Assembly: GCA_051294905.1 (NCBI GenBank)
Contig: CM119373.1
Span: 5,768,001-5,832,000 of the forward strand
DNA length: 64,000 bases
Direction of reading: 5' to 3'
From: Botryllus schlosseri
Taxonomy: Eukaryota
This document shows, piece by piece, positions 25,756 through 37,843 of the stretch. Each line of letters starts with the position of its first letter. The first letter of the stretch is position 1. The position numbers and the translations under genes were made by a program. The notes beneath the pieces were generated by a model, which worked only from the letters and a program-made list of their open reading frames with translations, was not told the DNA's origin and searched no databases.

Positions 25756-27184
25756 TAGGGTTACCATATTTTTGTGACCCAAATTCCGGACGCTCTTTAG
25801 CGCCCACTAGCGGATTTTAAATGAGTAATGAGCACATTTCGATTAATATGACGTCACACCAGCAAAGCTTTGTCTATCGTCTAGAGGTGGTCACGATCCG
25901 GTTCAGGCTGTGTGTTGTAAGTTGTAACCACGGCCGAAGCCACATTTTTTCACCTCACTCCCGCACAAATAAACACTGATCGGGCCGCCGTACGGTAATC
26001 GATGCAACTTCTGGGGGCTTATTATATGCATCTGGTCGTAAATGATTTGAATGAATTATAGAAGAGTGCGGAGAACTAATCCTCTTCGATAATCGATAAT
26101 CAATATCGATAATGATAATAATTTATCGTTGGGATATTTTTTTATCTGAACAAGACACACAAGGTAGCCTACAATGCGATAAGACACAATGTGTTGTAAT
26201 GAACAGATAGGCCTATAGTGCCCGACGTCACAGTTCTCTTCGATGTTGACATTTTATCAAGCTGCGGCCCTCTATAGTTCTTTCTATTCCGTGTGAGTGC
26301 TTTCTGTCGTCGGATCTTTTTCTGGACTTTTTACGGCGAGGAAAGAGGAGACCAGATAAGCCTCCGGCGGGAAACGTACCTGTTCCGCCCGGTTAGTGGG
26401 CCCTTATCGTCACCACTACGCTATCTCCCTCGCGTTTTGTGGAATTAAGTCAATAATATTGGTTCTTCCATATATTATTATATAATTTTGATCCTCTCTC
26501 CGCCCACATGATCAGAGTTAGCGGTCGAGCTGGTGGAGGATGATGACTTCGAAAATGCAAGTAGCGTAATTGTACGTCATGATCATGTCACACCGACAGG
26601 ATCATTTATCAGCCTGCACCACTGACCTACATAAACACCGCACATACGGTGGTTTCCAACCTTTCATGGTCGCGACTCCATTTCCAACTTGGCGTTGCCC
26701 AGCTGATTACTAATTAATGGTCGGCAAATGTGCCCAGATTTGTACTTACAGCCTATTTTGGAAGCTGATTTCGTTCAACCTCTTCGCAAACCCCATAATA
26801 AAGGGAAACTATCTTTGAATAAAGCATCCAAACGGCCTCAGCCGACTCTATGAATATACCGTTACCTTGTAATTGCGATTACAATTAGACTTATTTCTGT
26901 AGATAATTGCTATTTTATATTTTTTATCGCAGTTTTTGAGAGGGTGGTAGTCCCGATATCCAAACGAAGATATGAGATACTAAATCGCGCGCAGCGCGAA
27001 GAAAAATTTCATAAATCTTCCCAAAATCGATCTCGTCTATGTTCATTTATGAAAAAATTATGAGCTTTTTTCAAGCCTTCAAAATTCCGGACATTTGGGC
27101 ATATTTTGGAAATTCCTCCCGGACGCATTAAAAACAGTGAAATTCCGGACATGTCCGGGAAATTCCGGACGTATGGCAACCCTA
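25756..27184. mobile_element. hAT-like MITE within LINE APE domain, carrying a SINE
   Basis: TIRs TAGGGTTACCATA / TATGGCAACCCTA, perfect TSD GTGTAGCT. Excision restores RGIYSK-LHEFKRY. A related inverted fragment lies at ~38355-38930. Confidence 0.92.
26135..26433 (-). mobile_element. tRNA-like SINE, second family (copy 1)
   Basis: A-box-like TAGCGTAGTGG, degenerate B-box GGTACGTTTCC, A-rich end. Homologous to 42786-43146. Confidence 0.6.
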
Positions 27185-27407
27185 GTGTAGCTTGCTATAA
27201 ATGCCTCGGCCGTTCCACTGTATAATTTTGAGTCCGTTTTCATTGAATGCGCTGATTTTTGTACGATGAAATGAGTCCTTTCACCGCCTCGCTATCAAGG
27301 AGAAGGCTAAGCCATTTTTGTGTTGCAAGTGAGACAAGGTTAGATACGTCTACCTCTTCGTTGGCGCGGCATGCTGCTATGGTCAGTGCCATTATTTCAG
27401 TCAGATA

Positions 27408-30400
27408 CACTGTTAGAAAAATTTTAGTAAATTTACTCGTAATTGCGAGGCAGCAGTTTTACTTACCCTGGTAACGTTAAATACTAAAAATTAGTAATTT
27501 TTTTACTATAATTTTAGTAAATTTTCTTACTCAGGATAAGCAGCATTTCTACTCACTCTTGTAACCTTGATGCTAAAAATTAGTAACATTTTTACTCTTT
27601 CTAGTAAATTACTAGTAAAGCTAGCACTGAATTCACAGCCCTGTCTAGTGTCAATCAATGTATTGATTGACTTAATGCTATATGCATGGCGGTTTTCTAA
27701 CACTTCGCGCCCTGGTAATACGCACAACTCCATGGAAATTGAATCAAATGTTGCAGCATGAAAGCATTTATTTTCATGTTCTATTCCGTTTCCCGCAGGA
27801 GGTTGGTGAGTTTCATCGCCTTTTGATGAACTCTAAGTGTCTTTCTCTTTCTTGAACACTTCGCGCCTACGTTGGAAATCTCGGCGAAGACTCTGTAATA
27901 TATGAAATATATCTTATAACATAACTGGGGGCTGGCCATCAACAAGAGCGAATTTGCTTCAGACAAAACTATATTGCTGTATTAACAAAGTTCTGTAGCC
28001 TATTCACTATGGGCTACCAGTACCCCATATGTTAACATTTTCGTGTTAAATTGTGATTGTTATAAGCAAGCAGAGCACCACAATAGTTAATTGTTATTGT
28101 CAATGTGTTGCAGAGCTCTGATTGTTTAAAATAATGCAGATGTCAGATTTTTCAGGGCGATTTCAAGGCATTTTTAGTGCCCATACGGCATTTTAATTTC
28201 TATTTTAGAAATCACCGTTACACTAGCTTTTCATTAGGACCGGATTCATTAATATTTTGCGCCCTAGTTGCCAGCTGTGAGATCACCAATAGAGGTGCCT
28301 TTGCACTGCTCAGCAGTGAACGCAAGCAGCTGAGCCGAGCGAAGAAACATAATCAGTCATTGCCATTACAGGTTGACATTTGATAGTCTAACTCTCACTC
28401 AGCTTACCTTTACATAAACTCCAACGTGGCTGTCAGTTCGCTCGGGTATTCCAGGTTGAAAACATAGAATGTGACAAACAGATACGCCAAAGCAACGTAG
28501 AAGGAGTCCGTGGTGAATATCATTGATCTTTCGGCAGTTACCACTAACTCCTTCAGATTGTAGTTCGATGAGCCTGAAAATAAACAAAAGTTGTAAAGTA
28601 GTCAGCGCTGCTATTCAACTAGATGTAGGGCTATACTGTCATAAATTTATACTCGATTACGAGTAGAAGAAGCGTAAAAATCCAACCACTCGAGTGTAGT
28701 GCTAGTAGGCACTTCAGAAGAGCAAGGCATCAATATAAGGTTAATTATCTTCTCAGGATCCATGACTAACACAAAAATGCATTGTTAGTATGCAGCACAT
28801 TTAACGCCATTGGCTAGGTTATGAAATAGAGACTGCGCAGACAACCAGAGGCGCTGGTCAGTTATCAAGTATATCTATATCTATTATTTTGGCATACTCA
28901 AGTAGGTTTGCCAATGTTGCCTACTTGAGCTACTTATATTTTAGTGGTTGTGGCATTTGACTACTTCCACTTGTACGAAACAGTGATGGGCAGAACTACT
29001 GACTTTGAAGTGTTCAGATTTTGTAAAGTAGTTATGGGAAGTTTTTCATTTTCAAAACTACGGCATAACTATTGACAAGATAGTGAGTACCTGTGACTGT
29101 CTTATCAGTGGTACCAACTTGCTCGCACTCCCTATCTCTACACCACGCTCACCAAGCACACCCGCGGAGGTAACAAATTTCCAGAGAAACCAAAAATCAG
29201 ACGATTTTTACATTCATATCAAACCGACTTGTGCAATACAAAACCGGACATTTTTATAATCGAGACTTATGCCGCTATTCTGTGCATGTCACTTACTGAC
29301 AATAGCAGGAGTGGGCAATCATTTTTACACTACAAACTGGTTTCAACATGAAATGATTTAATTTAATTTGAGGCTCAAATCATTATGCCCGACTTAAGTC
29401 CATGAGATTCGCACGATGACTTTATACTTGCAATAAATTCAGTAACAGTCAGTTAGTCATCAGTGTGAACGTGACCCATACTTTATGTACATAAATACTT
29501 ACCGATTGTAATCAAGAATGGGTGGTTCGGCGCATCTGCCATAAAATCTTGAGCAATGTCCTGAAAACAGATATGCATGTGTGAGCAATGATTCCAATAT
29601 CATTTTTGAGTAGTGAGAATCTTTGCCGGAGGACAGGCAACAACAAGATTATTAAACAAAGTTATTACCAACAATAGAACAGAACTACATTGGAAACATT
29701 CACAAAATCGGTTTTGGGGCTAATATAATACTAACCATTCTTTTGAACAATTGAGAGGCTGGTTCGTCAAAGGACGCACAGATCAGCTCGAGGATGCCAA
29801 GAGAGGAAGCATATGATTCTGATTTCGTTATCTCCGATATAGTTGAAAGTCTTGACACTGTTTTCTGTACTTTCTGCGTCGCCATATTTTTTAATGTCCT
29901 GTGAAGAGTACAATTAGCATTTATTTAAAATGAGAGCAAAGATAACAGGTATCGTGTTGATATAATTGTCTTTGAAATATGCTAGTATATAGTGTGTATA
30001 GGAGCGAAGTTATTACAGTAGAAAAATTTGAATTTGAATAAAATAGTATGTACGGTGACTAATTCTTTAATTATTTGTTATAAAATCATGGAATTAGAAA
30101 TTTTTCTACTGCAGTAACTTCGCTTCTAGTGGTTGGAATTGAACCAAATTTAGTATGCATCATCTCTACTGACAGCCTAACAATTTTATGGGGTGGACAG
30201 AAAAATTTTGAAATTTTTATTTTTTAATGATAATTTCAAAACTTTCTACCACACGAATCACGCTTCTACCGGTTAGAATTGAGCCAAAAATGGTGTGAAG
30301 CATTTTTTTAACCAACCCAACAATTTTATCAAGTAGCCAGTGAAATCTGAAGGAAATTAATTTTTTGAACAGCCCTAGTGTGTAGCCTATTTATGAGATT

Positions 30401-31845
30401 ACAAAAAAATCTTGCTTACTTTTGAATGCGAGGCCAGTTATTGTCCATCTTGCGAATCAAGAATTGCTTGGAATTTCCTGTACCAGTGAGAATACCATAA
30501 TGTTGAAACATGAACTCAACTTCAAAGAGAAAGGGCCACATTTCTCCTATTGTTGATACTGCAGCAGGTTCATTGATTGTCTTTCTTTGGAATGGATACG
30601 GTATGTAGTTTACATTAGCATTCCCACTTTCTCTCTGTCTGGAACTGCCTTTCTGCTTTCTTCGATAAGACATTTCTGGTCAGCGCTCAGTATGAGATGT
30701 ACTGGTAAGTTCAGTATTTTCTTGCTCCATTATTGAGGCTTTAACCTGTTTTACAATCTCGTTACAATGGGAAGCTAACAGCTTACGCAGCTCAGCCATG
30801 ATGTCTTGCACCGTAGTTGAAGGAATGAGGTTTTTGCACTCCATCCTCATTGCAAACATAATGCTCGGGTTATCATTCCTAAATTTCTCTTCCTGAGCGT
30901 TGTCGCTCGTTACATCGGCAGCAGGCAACAGATCCTGGGCGATTGAACTCTGGCTTGTACTAGCAGAATTATGGTTAGTTGGCTGAATCACATTGTTCTG
31001 ATCCGAAACGGTATGATATCGGCTAACATGACTGGAAAATGACGATGTCACGTCATACCTCTTGGAACAGTGCACTTGACGAATAATCCGCTTCCAATAT
31101 GGCTTTTCAGGTGACAAAAGATATCTGATGTTGAAGAAAGTTCCATACCTCAGATGACCACCGGTCATTTCAAATTTACTGCCATTTCTTTATAGTTAGA
31201 CACCAACACAGCTTCCTCCTAAATAAATCCGAGATTTCGCCTGACACGCGACCGCAGCACCTACAATCTACATCCTAGCACGTGAATCAGTAATTTGTCA
31301 CGACCTGGTGAACACAAATTCTTGGATTGTTACGTAACTTTAACGCAGAGCGAATGTTTGTAGTTGTATAATTGTATATCTGACTCCAAGATGTATTATT
31401 GACTTCAGAAGGTTGCGTTTGCGCTGAATTTCATTCCTGGGTGATTTGGCGCGATTCTGAGTTCTGATGCTTTGACGATATAATTCGGTTTTCAAATTCG
31501 TCGTGACAATAGCATTCGCATAATACAAATTATTATAAATTCTGAGCCGTTGATGATGAATTACGGTATCATCACAGGTGAGGCTTGGCCTATATGTATA
31601 CATCAGATCTCCTTTTACGCTTTATTTTTGAAGAATAAATACGCAAATTTCGTGGTTCGCAAATCTCATGGTCTGAAAATGTTCAATATTTAGTCATTCA
31701 GGAGCATTGACACACAGTACCAATAATCCGTATCATAGTAATAATTGACGGGTTTACTAAAAACGATAGTAAATTATGTTACTACAGCAATTCGTATTTG
31801 GTTTACTAATTAATAGGTGTAAATTTACTAATTTTTCTAACAGTG
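27408..31845 (-). mobile_element. Internally deleted CACTG-type (EnSpm/CMC) DNA transposon
   Basis: TIR CACTGTTAGAAAAATT..AGTAAATTTAC, TA 2-bp TSD (27406-7, 31846-7), AGTAAATTT subterminal repeats, internal spliced gene. Confidence 0.88.
27781..31168 (-). pseudogene. Spliced EnSpm-associated gene remnant (SAMD3-like C-terminal region), preceded by a probable transposase N-terminal fragment
   Basis: Phase-compatible GT-AG exons ~30680-30420, 29898-29736, 29560-29503, 28573-28408, 27892-27781 encode QRKTINEP..WPFLF..HYGILTG and ALAYLFVTFYVFNLEYP..ATLEFM*R. Premature TAA at 28410-28412, AATAAA at ~27768. ORF 30680-31168 has a C2H2-like CSKRY..SSFSSHVSRYH. Family assignment is from recalled motif similarity. 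Confidence 0.75.
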
Positions 31846-34443
31846 TACGCAAAGAATATTAGTGGATGGGTGGATGAGATCAAGGACAAGATGGAGGATG
31901 CTCCATTGTCTTCGGGCTGTGGGCCGTAGGGCGGGACGGAGCTTGTGTCTTGTGGTTGGATGTTAGTCGTCAGGAACTGGGTATGTTGGTGGCTTGTGGC
32001 GGTGGGTGAGTGTGGGTATGGATGGCGACTTCTCTCTGTTTGCAGGAGTCTCGGCACTTTCGGGGTATATCCTTATTGGATTAGTTGCCTGGATGTTTTC
32101 AGGGAGGGACAACACTTGGCTGTACGTTGGTCGTCTGGGAGTAGGTACGTTCGGCGGAGGAGCTGTTACCTTCGCTTTTGCGGTAGGGTAGTCTAGATTC
32201 TGTTGCTCCCGAATTTTTGGGATCTCAAACTCTCTTTTAAATATGGGACATCCTGTATATGCAGAGCTATCGTTACCACCACAATTGATACATTTCTTAT
32301 CGCAGTTACAGTCTTTATAATCGTGGTCACGACTTCCGCATCTCGAACAGGTTGTTTTGCCTCCACAGTACCTTTTTGTATGACCAAATCGATTACAGTT
32401 ATGGCATCGCAACGGTGGTGGGTTGAAGAGTTTCGTTCTAAAGCGCAGGTAGCCAATGATTACGAAACTAGGCGGGTCTGGTAGACTAAAGCAAATTAGC
32501 ACGCTCATGATATCTTCGAGTCCTTTATCAGTTCTTCTCTTCAAACGTTTCGCGAATGTTACTCCATAGCTGCTCAAAAACTCTACTATTTCATATTCGG
32601 AGAGGTCAGAGGGTACTCCGTTAATAACTGCCCTGGATGCGTGCTTCCTATTCTTATAACGTGACGTTGTTACTGGTATCAGGGACTTGGGTGGAGTTAA
32701 CACGTCTATATCAAGCAATTTTTTCACCTGTTTTTCATTGAAGCAGTTGATCAGCAAATCCCCCGACGGAAGAGGCCGAATCCCTTCGTCATTTCCAATT
32801 GCAGAGTATATAGCTTCATGCACTATAGTTGGGTGCCAGTGAGACATCTTCCTTTTCGAGCAATTCAGGATAACTTTCAAGTCGCGTTGTTCGTCTGCGG
32901 ATGTTTGGGAATTAGCTGTAGACCGTAGACTGGATCCACCGTCTTCTTCAATAAGTCTCGTCTTCGCCAGTGGTGACTTAGTTCCTGATTCATCGTCTTT
33001 AGTCGATGCTTTACGTTTCGCTGTGTTAGCAATCGCTTCCATGCGTTCGACATCCTCACTTTCCTCCATTACGCGTGATGCTGTGGTTGATTACAACTAA
33101 TGATCGCGGAAGATTGCTAGATACGTCCGCACTCCACGGCGGTCAGAGCGAAGTGTGCATATTTTGTGATAAATTTGTTGATATACAATGTTCTTTCCAT
33201 TTCTCTACTAGTTTCTGACGGTTACCCCTGACAAGTGTCAGCCGAAAATATTCGTGTTCATTTCAATATGAATATACTATTCAATAGTAAATGGAAGCTC
33301 TGTACCTCCAAGAACGTCTTTAATTATGGCATTATTACACAACTTGAAAACTGTTTAAAACATACTTCAAACAATGTGTTTTAAGCAATCATTTGTTTTA
33401 AATGCAACTCTAATATCGTGTACCTTCCTCGGTATGGCACCAGGCAGTTGTTTTCGGATACCACACATCAAATCCTATGAAGGTTGATCGAAATCGTGCA
33501 TCGCATCGTGTCCATAATGCAACCCTCAGTGCCCATAAATCAAGTCTTGCGTTCATCGAAGTAAGACAACATATAAATGGTAAAGTCTCCTTGAAAGTGC
33601 CATCAAGATACGGATTGCCGAAGTGTTGCAAATGAGACCGGACTTAAATTGGGGAAGAGCCGATGTGTGTCGCAATATAACGGCTCGGGATTGACGTCGG
33701 GGATTATGCTACGCCAGTTGTCACAACCAGAAACACTTATACGCAGTTTTTTAATTACTAAACACGCCTTGATTGCCTATTCAAAGCCAGGGATATCTAG
33801 AACTAGTTTCTAGATAACCCTGTTCGAAGCACTTATTAAAAAGTGTAACAACATAAATTTAAAGTCTGTAATTTGGTATTTCAATAAATTACATAACTTG
33901 ATAGGATGCAATATTTAACGGTTACCATATCTTTGTGACTCAAGCTCCGGACACTCTTCAGCGCCTTCTAGCGGGTTTTACAATGAGGTACATGTATTAA
34001 CAGTAAACATATTGTCAGTCACTATGACGTCACACAGCAAAGCTTTGCTTATTGATTTTATACAGGAGTGGATTGGAACATAGCTTCTTAATTGGGCTAT
34101 CTCGAGTGTGAGCTCTGGTGATTGCTTGGATCTGCAACAGATTTCTTCATGGGCCGGATGAATTCGACTGGCGGACCGTACCCGGTCCACCGGTCATGTG
34201 TTGACAGCCCTGCTATACTGCTGTAACGGTGCGATTATCTGATTTTGTGTTGTAACCGGTTTTGAAACAATGTTTTTCCAGCCTCCTTACGTTCAAAAAA
34301 GCACTGATCTTGGGCCCGCCATAAGGTAATCGATGCAACTTCTTAGGGGCTTGTTACTATATTCATATGGTTGTTGAATTTTGAGAATGAATTCTTTCAA
34401 AAATATTTTTTTTACATACATTACTATTAAAGGCAACAACAGG

Positions 34444-35605
34444 CGGTGTTGGGATCAAGTCACTACCTTAGAGTCACGAGTTTGTTTGTTGTTTTGGGTA
34501 TTCATGGTGACTACAATGGTCATTTACACCAGGCCGATATTATTTTTATTTTCCGTAACTGCCGACTTATAGCACGGCCCACCTCTAGGCTTTTGTAAGA
34601 CACCGTTGACCCGGATGAGGTGGCGAGGAGGAGCCTAGGTAAACCTGCAACACTTAGGTGTCGGAATTCGGAAGTCGACCTCGGTCGGACTCGAACCCGC
34701 ACCCATTGGTGTTGCAGCCGCGGATTATACCACTGCGCTATCTTGCCACTAAAGTCACGAGTAATTTCGAGTCAGTGCAAATTTTGACTCGAGTCAAGTC
34801 AAGTCAATCGATTTTCCAAGGTGACTCGAGTCAAGTCAAGTCAATCGAGTTTAGGAGGTGACTCGAGTCAAGTCGAGTCAAGGCAAGTCAAGTCACAATT
34901 CAATTCAAGTAGCCATTTTGAAGTATGAAGCATGATTACATCATTGCATTTTGCTAGCTGTTTAAAGTACAGGTTGACTTGTCAGTGCATTTTGAACCGA
35001 TCAACGAATATAGAGTAGCCTACATATATACGAAGGAAACAGTTGCATCGCTCATATATACGTAGAACTGTCAAACTACTTAACTGCATATCCTCAGTTT
35101 ATAGTTACGAAGTAACCTGCCAAAAAAGACAATAGAAAAACGAATTGACAAAACGCAATACATGATTTACCTACTTCATGCGATACCATTCGAGTCAGCG
35201 CCAATAGCTGACGAGTGTATAATATAGATTCGAATTCAATTTGAATAAAAAATAAAAAATAAAAAATATGTTTTGCTTTTAAATCACTTTACTACCATAC
35301 ACACAACGTAAGCTGTAAGCTCCGATCACTTCGTTTGTGGTCAATTTATTTTTGCGAGAACAACTGAGGCATGAGTGGTCGCTCTCGCGGGTTACAACAG
35401 AGTTTCGTGAACAATCCGAAAATATGCAAAATACAGTGATTTCTATCAATAACGATTATTTAATGACTTGAAATCGGCTTGTGAATTTCGCTCAGAGTCA
35501 TGAGTCAATCCAAATTTCTAATGCGCCTAGTAAAGTAAAGTCAAATCATTTTTGCAAAGTGACTCGAGTCAAGTCATGTCATACGAGAAAGGTGACTCGA
35601 GTCGT
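34444..35605. mobile_element. GAGTCAAGTC-repeat MITE interrupted by a SINE
   Basis: Colinear with the uninterrupted copy at 58472-59410. Confidence 0.85.
34482..34749 (-). mobile_element. Full-length tRNA-derived SINE
   Basis: A-box TAGCGCAGTGG (34730-34740), B-box GGTTCGAGTCC (34687-34697), (CAAA)n tail, 13-bp TSD TA(G/A)AGTCACGAGT. The empty site is visible at ~58500. Confidence 0.88.
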
Positions 35606-36457
35606 TTGAAATAAAAATTTCCGAAGTATTTCCCTAATTTTTCCCGATGCAGGGATTGAAACCTCGCCATGAAATCCATCTTATTCTGTACATAACCACT
35701 ATTTGAACAGCTTCTTGGAGATACAGAACTTCAATATACAATTGAATTAAACCCGAATATTTTCGGCTGATATTCGTCATAAATCGGATAATGATATACC
35801 AGTTCTTAAAGCTCGGTTATCAGATTTGGGGCATTCTTGTTGCGGATGCCCTATCGACAAGGCTGTTTTTTTATGAACAAGGAGTGTTTCGTTGCTATCA
35901 AAACATCACGCTCCAACCCTGAAATTCATATCACCAGTTATATTGGTATGTTAATGTTCAGTTGTTCATGGTCGAAAATGTTTGCTCGTAAATATATACG
36001 TAAACCCGAACAGAACAGGTCTTTTCATGACAGTCTTTCTCAGGTTGGAAAACTGGGATCCGTTCTTTGGCGCATAACATTTCTCAATACTTTTAGATTA
36101 GGATTTCACTCTGACGGTAGAAATTCTCTGCGGACCGATCAAAATGCCGTCGCGGGCCGATATTTGTTTGCAATCCACGAATCCCTGCCATTCGTATCAT
36201 AAGCCCAAAACTCGTTGTAATGTTGAAAAGTATTTTTCGTTATACTAACCAAGCTTTCCTGTTTCACCATTTGAAAATTTCATTATGGATTACATCGGTC
36301 TTGCAAACATATTTTTCAGGTTTTTTCCAGACTTTTATTACTTCTGGATCACTTAATTGGAATATGAACTAAGATATGCTCAATCACGTCAAGTTTTATG
36401 AGAAAAATCGACTCCTTTGATGTGGCAATTAGACATAATGGTTTGTTATGTCTACCG

Positions 36458-36755
36458 CAGTGGATCTCAAACTTTTTCAAACACCCCCCCTTTATGATAG
36501 TGAAAAATTTCGCGCCCTCCCTTATCGTCATATCATAAATTGCAACCAGAATGCTGGCAATCCCAACAGATAATTTGATGGAATGGAAGGTTATGACAGT
36601 TGATGAAATAATTGTCAAAAACGAAATCCGGACTATAGATACAGCAAGAACCATGAAATGGGGGAAATCACTCAAAGCGTGGAAGAAATTTTCGGCTGAC
36701 CGCAGCTTCCCGCCCCCTTAGGATGCTCTCACCCCTCCAAGTGTGAGAACCACTG
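36458..36755. mobile_element. hAT MITE (family of 12137-12441 and 61961-63151)
   Basis: Ends CAGTGGATCTCAAAC / GTGTGAGAACCACTG. Shared internal CCCCCCTTTATGA and GGAAGGTTATGAC. Confidence 0.8.
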
Positions 36756-36835
36756 GTGCATTAAAGTACTCTATATGTTTGTCATGTTATTTTGGAAAAG
36801 ACATAAAACGGCACTAACACCAGAAAGGTTGCGAG

Positions 36836-37843
36836 TAGGGATGGTGTGAACGTGAGGTTCACGTTCGCGTTCTGTGTGTGAACCTCGGAAATTTAGAGGT
36901 TCGCGTTCACAACAGAACCTTGGTAGGTTCTGCACTGTGAACCTTTTGGTAAATTGTAATCTTCGCTCCATTATAAGATCTTTGGCTCAAATTTATTGCA
37001 TTTCAACTGCGGGCCACTCCATGCATGGTGCTGGCAGCATAAAAAATCAACGCTAAACGAGCATGCAGCATGCACCTCGACAACCTTAAAAGTTTTACTT
37101 GCTTTGTTGCAAAAATTTTCTCGGAAAAACCGGCTTTCCGTTTGTGAATATTTAGTGACTCTCTGCTGTGAGCTTGACCCGCAATCACACAACATCACGA
37201 GCGATATATACGTAGTCAGCGAATGATGCTTATTCAACCAATCAATGACATTGATATCGTCTTCTGATGTAAAAAATCGAACGGGCGTACGGAGTCAATC
37301 TTGACTTCATATCTTTACTGTATCATTAAAACCAAATCCGTGCGATTAAGGTGCTTGCTACTGCTGCATAACTTGTTGTTGTTTGTGGTATCGGTAGCGA
37401 ATATAGAGACCCGTTGTACACTCTGCTCAATATAAATGTAGCAATACTCAGACTCCGACCACATTGTCCGGTCTGGCTAAGACCGTTAAGGCGTAAGCTT
37501 GTATTCCTTGGTAAGTTCTCGTCGAAATTGTTGGCAAAGCGACGGAATGTATTGATTTTATGCAATTATTATATCCTTTGATTACCGCGGTCGATACATT
37601 TAGCGACGTTTAAAACGCCAATAGGTACTTCAGCATTGTGGCATTATGTGGACCGAGTATTCGCTAGGTATCGTGTACAACTGTACATTAATATAGGCTA
37701 TCACTTCATTGGAAGATAGGGTTGGAATTAGCAATATGACGTCACGTGACGTCACGAGGTTCACGTTCGTGTTCACACAGAAGCTTTCAAAAAGGTTCGC
37801 GTTCACACGAACCTGAACCTTTCAGAGGTTCACACCATCCCTA
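36836..37843. mobile_element. hAT-like MITE with GTTCAC repeats
   Basis: TIR TAGGGATGGTGTGAAC, perfect TSD GTTGCGAG. Inverted partial copy at ~14380-14714. Confidence 0.92.

Larger units (their letters stand above)
17713..27240 (-). pseudogene. LINE ORF2 (endonuclease, reverse transcriptase, RNase H, zinc knuckle), fragmented
   Basis: APE: IIQWNGRG, LQETHL, GDFNSHH, SDH. RT: YRPISL, QGNVLSPLLF, YADD. RNase H: FTDGS, WIPGHAGIPGNEVAD. C-terminal CEHC..HYIMTC. Four MITE insertions, stops at 24581 and ~22535, and frameshifts at ~22560 and ~22295. Confidence 0.95.
27238..33069 (-). pseudogene. LINE ORF1 (gag-like nucleic-acid-binding protein), split by the EnSpm-type element
   Basis: Three zinc knuckles: CHNCNRFGHTKRYC, CSRCGSRDHDYKDC, CINCGGNDSSAYTGC. 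Frameshift near 32000. The C-terminus rejoins across the insertion as HPLIFFAY-LTEIMALTIAAC...NQRIQ*. Confidence 0.9.
17515..33157 (-). mobile_element. Full-length, inactivated I-clade non-LTR retrotransposon (ORF1 plus APE-RT-RNaseH-CCHC ORF2)
   Basis: 13-bp TSD CATATTTTGTGAT (17502-17514, 33158-33170), (TAA)n 3' tail, 5' end near CACTTCGCTCTG. Subtracting five insertions leaves ~5.3 kb with the correct domain order. Confidence 0.95.
17245..33285 (+). mobile_element. Penelope-like 3' fragment (17245-17514 plus 33158-33285) interrupted by the LINE
   Basis: The two parts are colinear with the uninterrupted copy ending at 41752. Its hammerhead at 33224-33257 has a mutated core (CTGACAA). Confidence 0.85.
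16852..33412. mobile_element. hAT-like MITE expanded by nested insertions
   Basis: Ends TAGGGTTGAATTT / TTTGTTTTAAATGCAACTCTA. TSD CTGTCGTG (16844-16851) / ATATCGTG (33413-33420), each one mismatch from the empty-site CTATCGTG. Confidence 0.7.
16420..33780. repeat. Second copy of the unidentified repeat, split into 16420-16851 and 33413-33780 by a 16.5-kb nested insertion
   Basis: The two halves match consecutive parts of 250-1110. The empty site there reads CTATCGTG. Confidence 0.75.

Noticed and set aside
34680..34749. Functional tRNA gene
   Set aside because: A and B boxes are present, but there is no convincing acceptor stem. It continues into a SINE body with tail and TSD.
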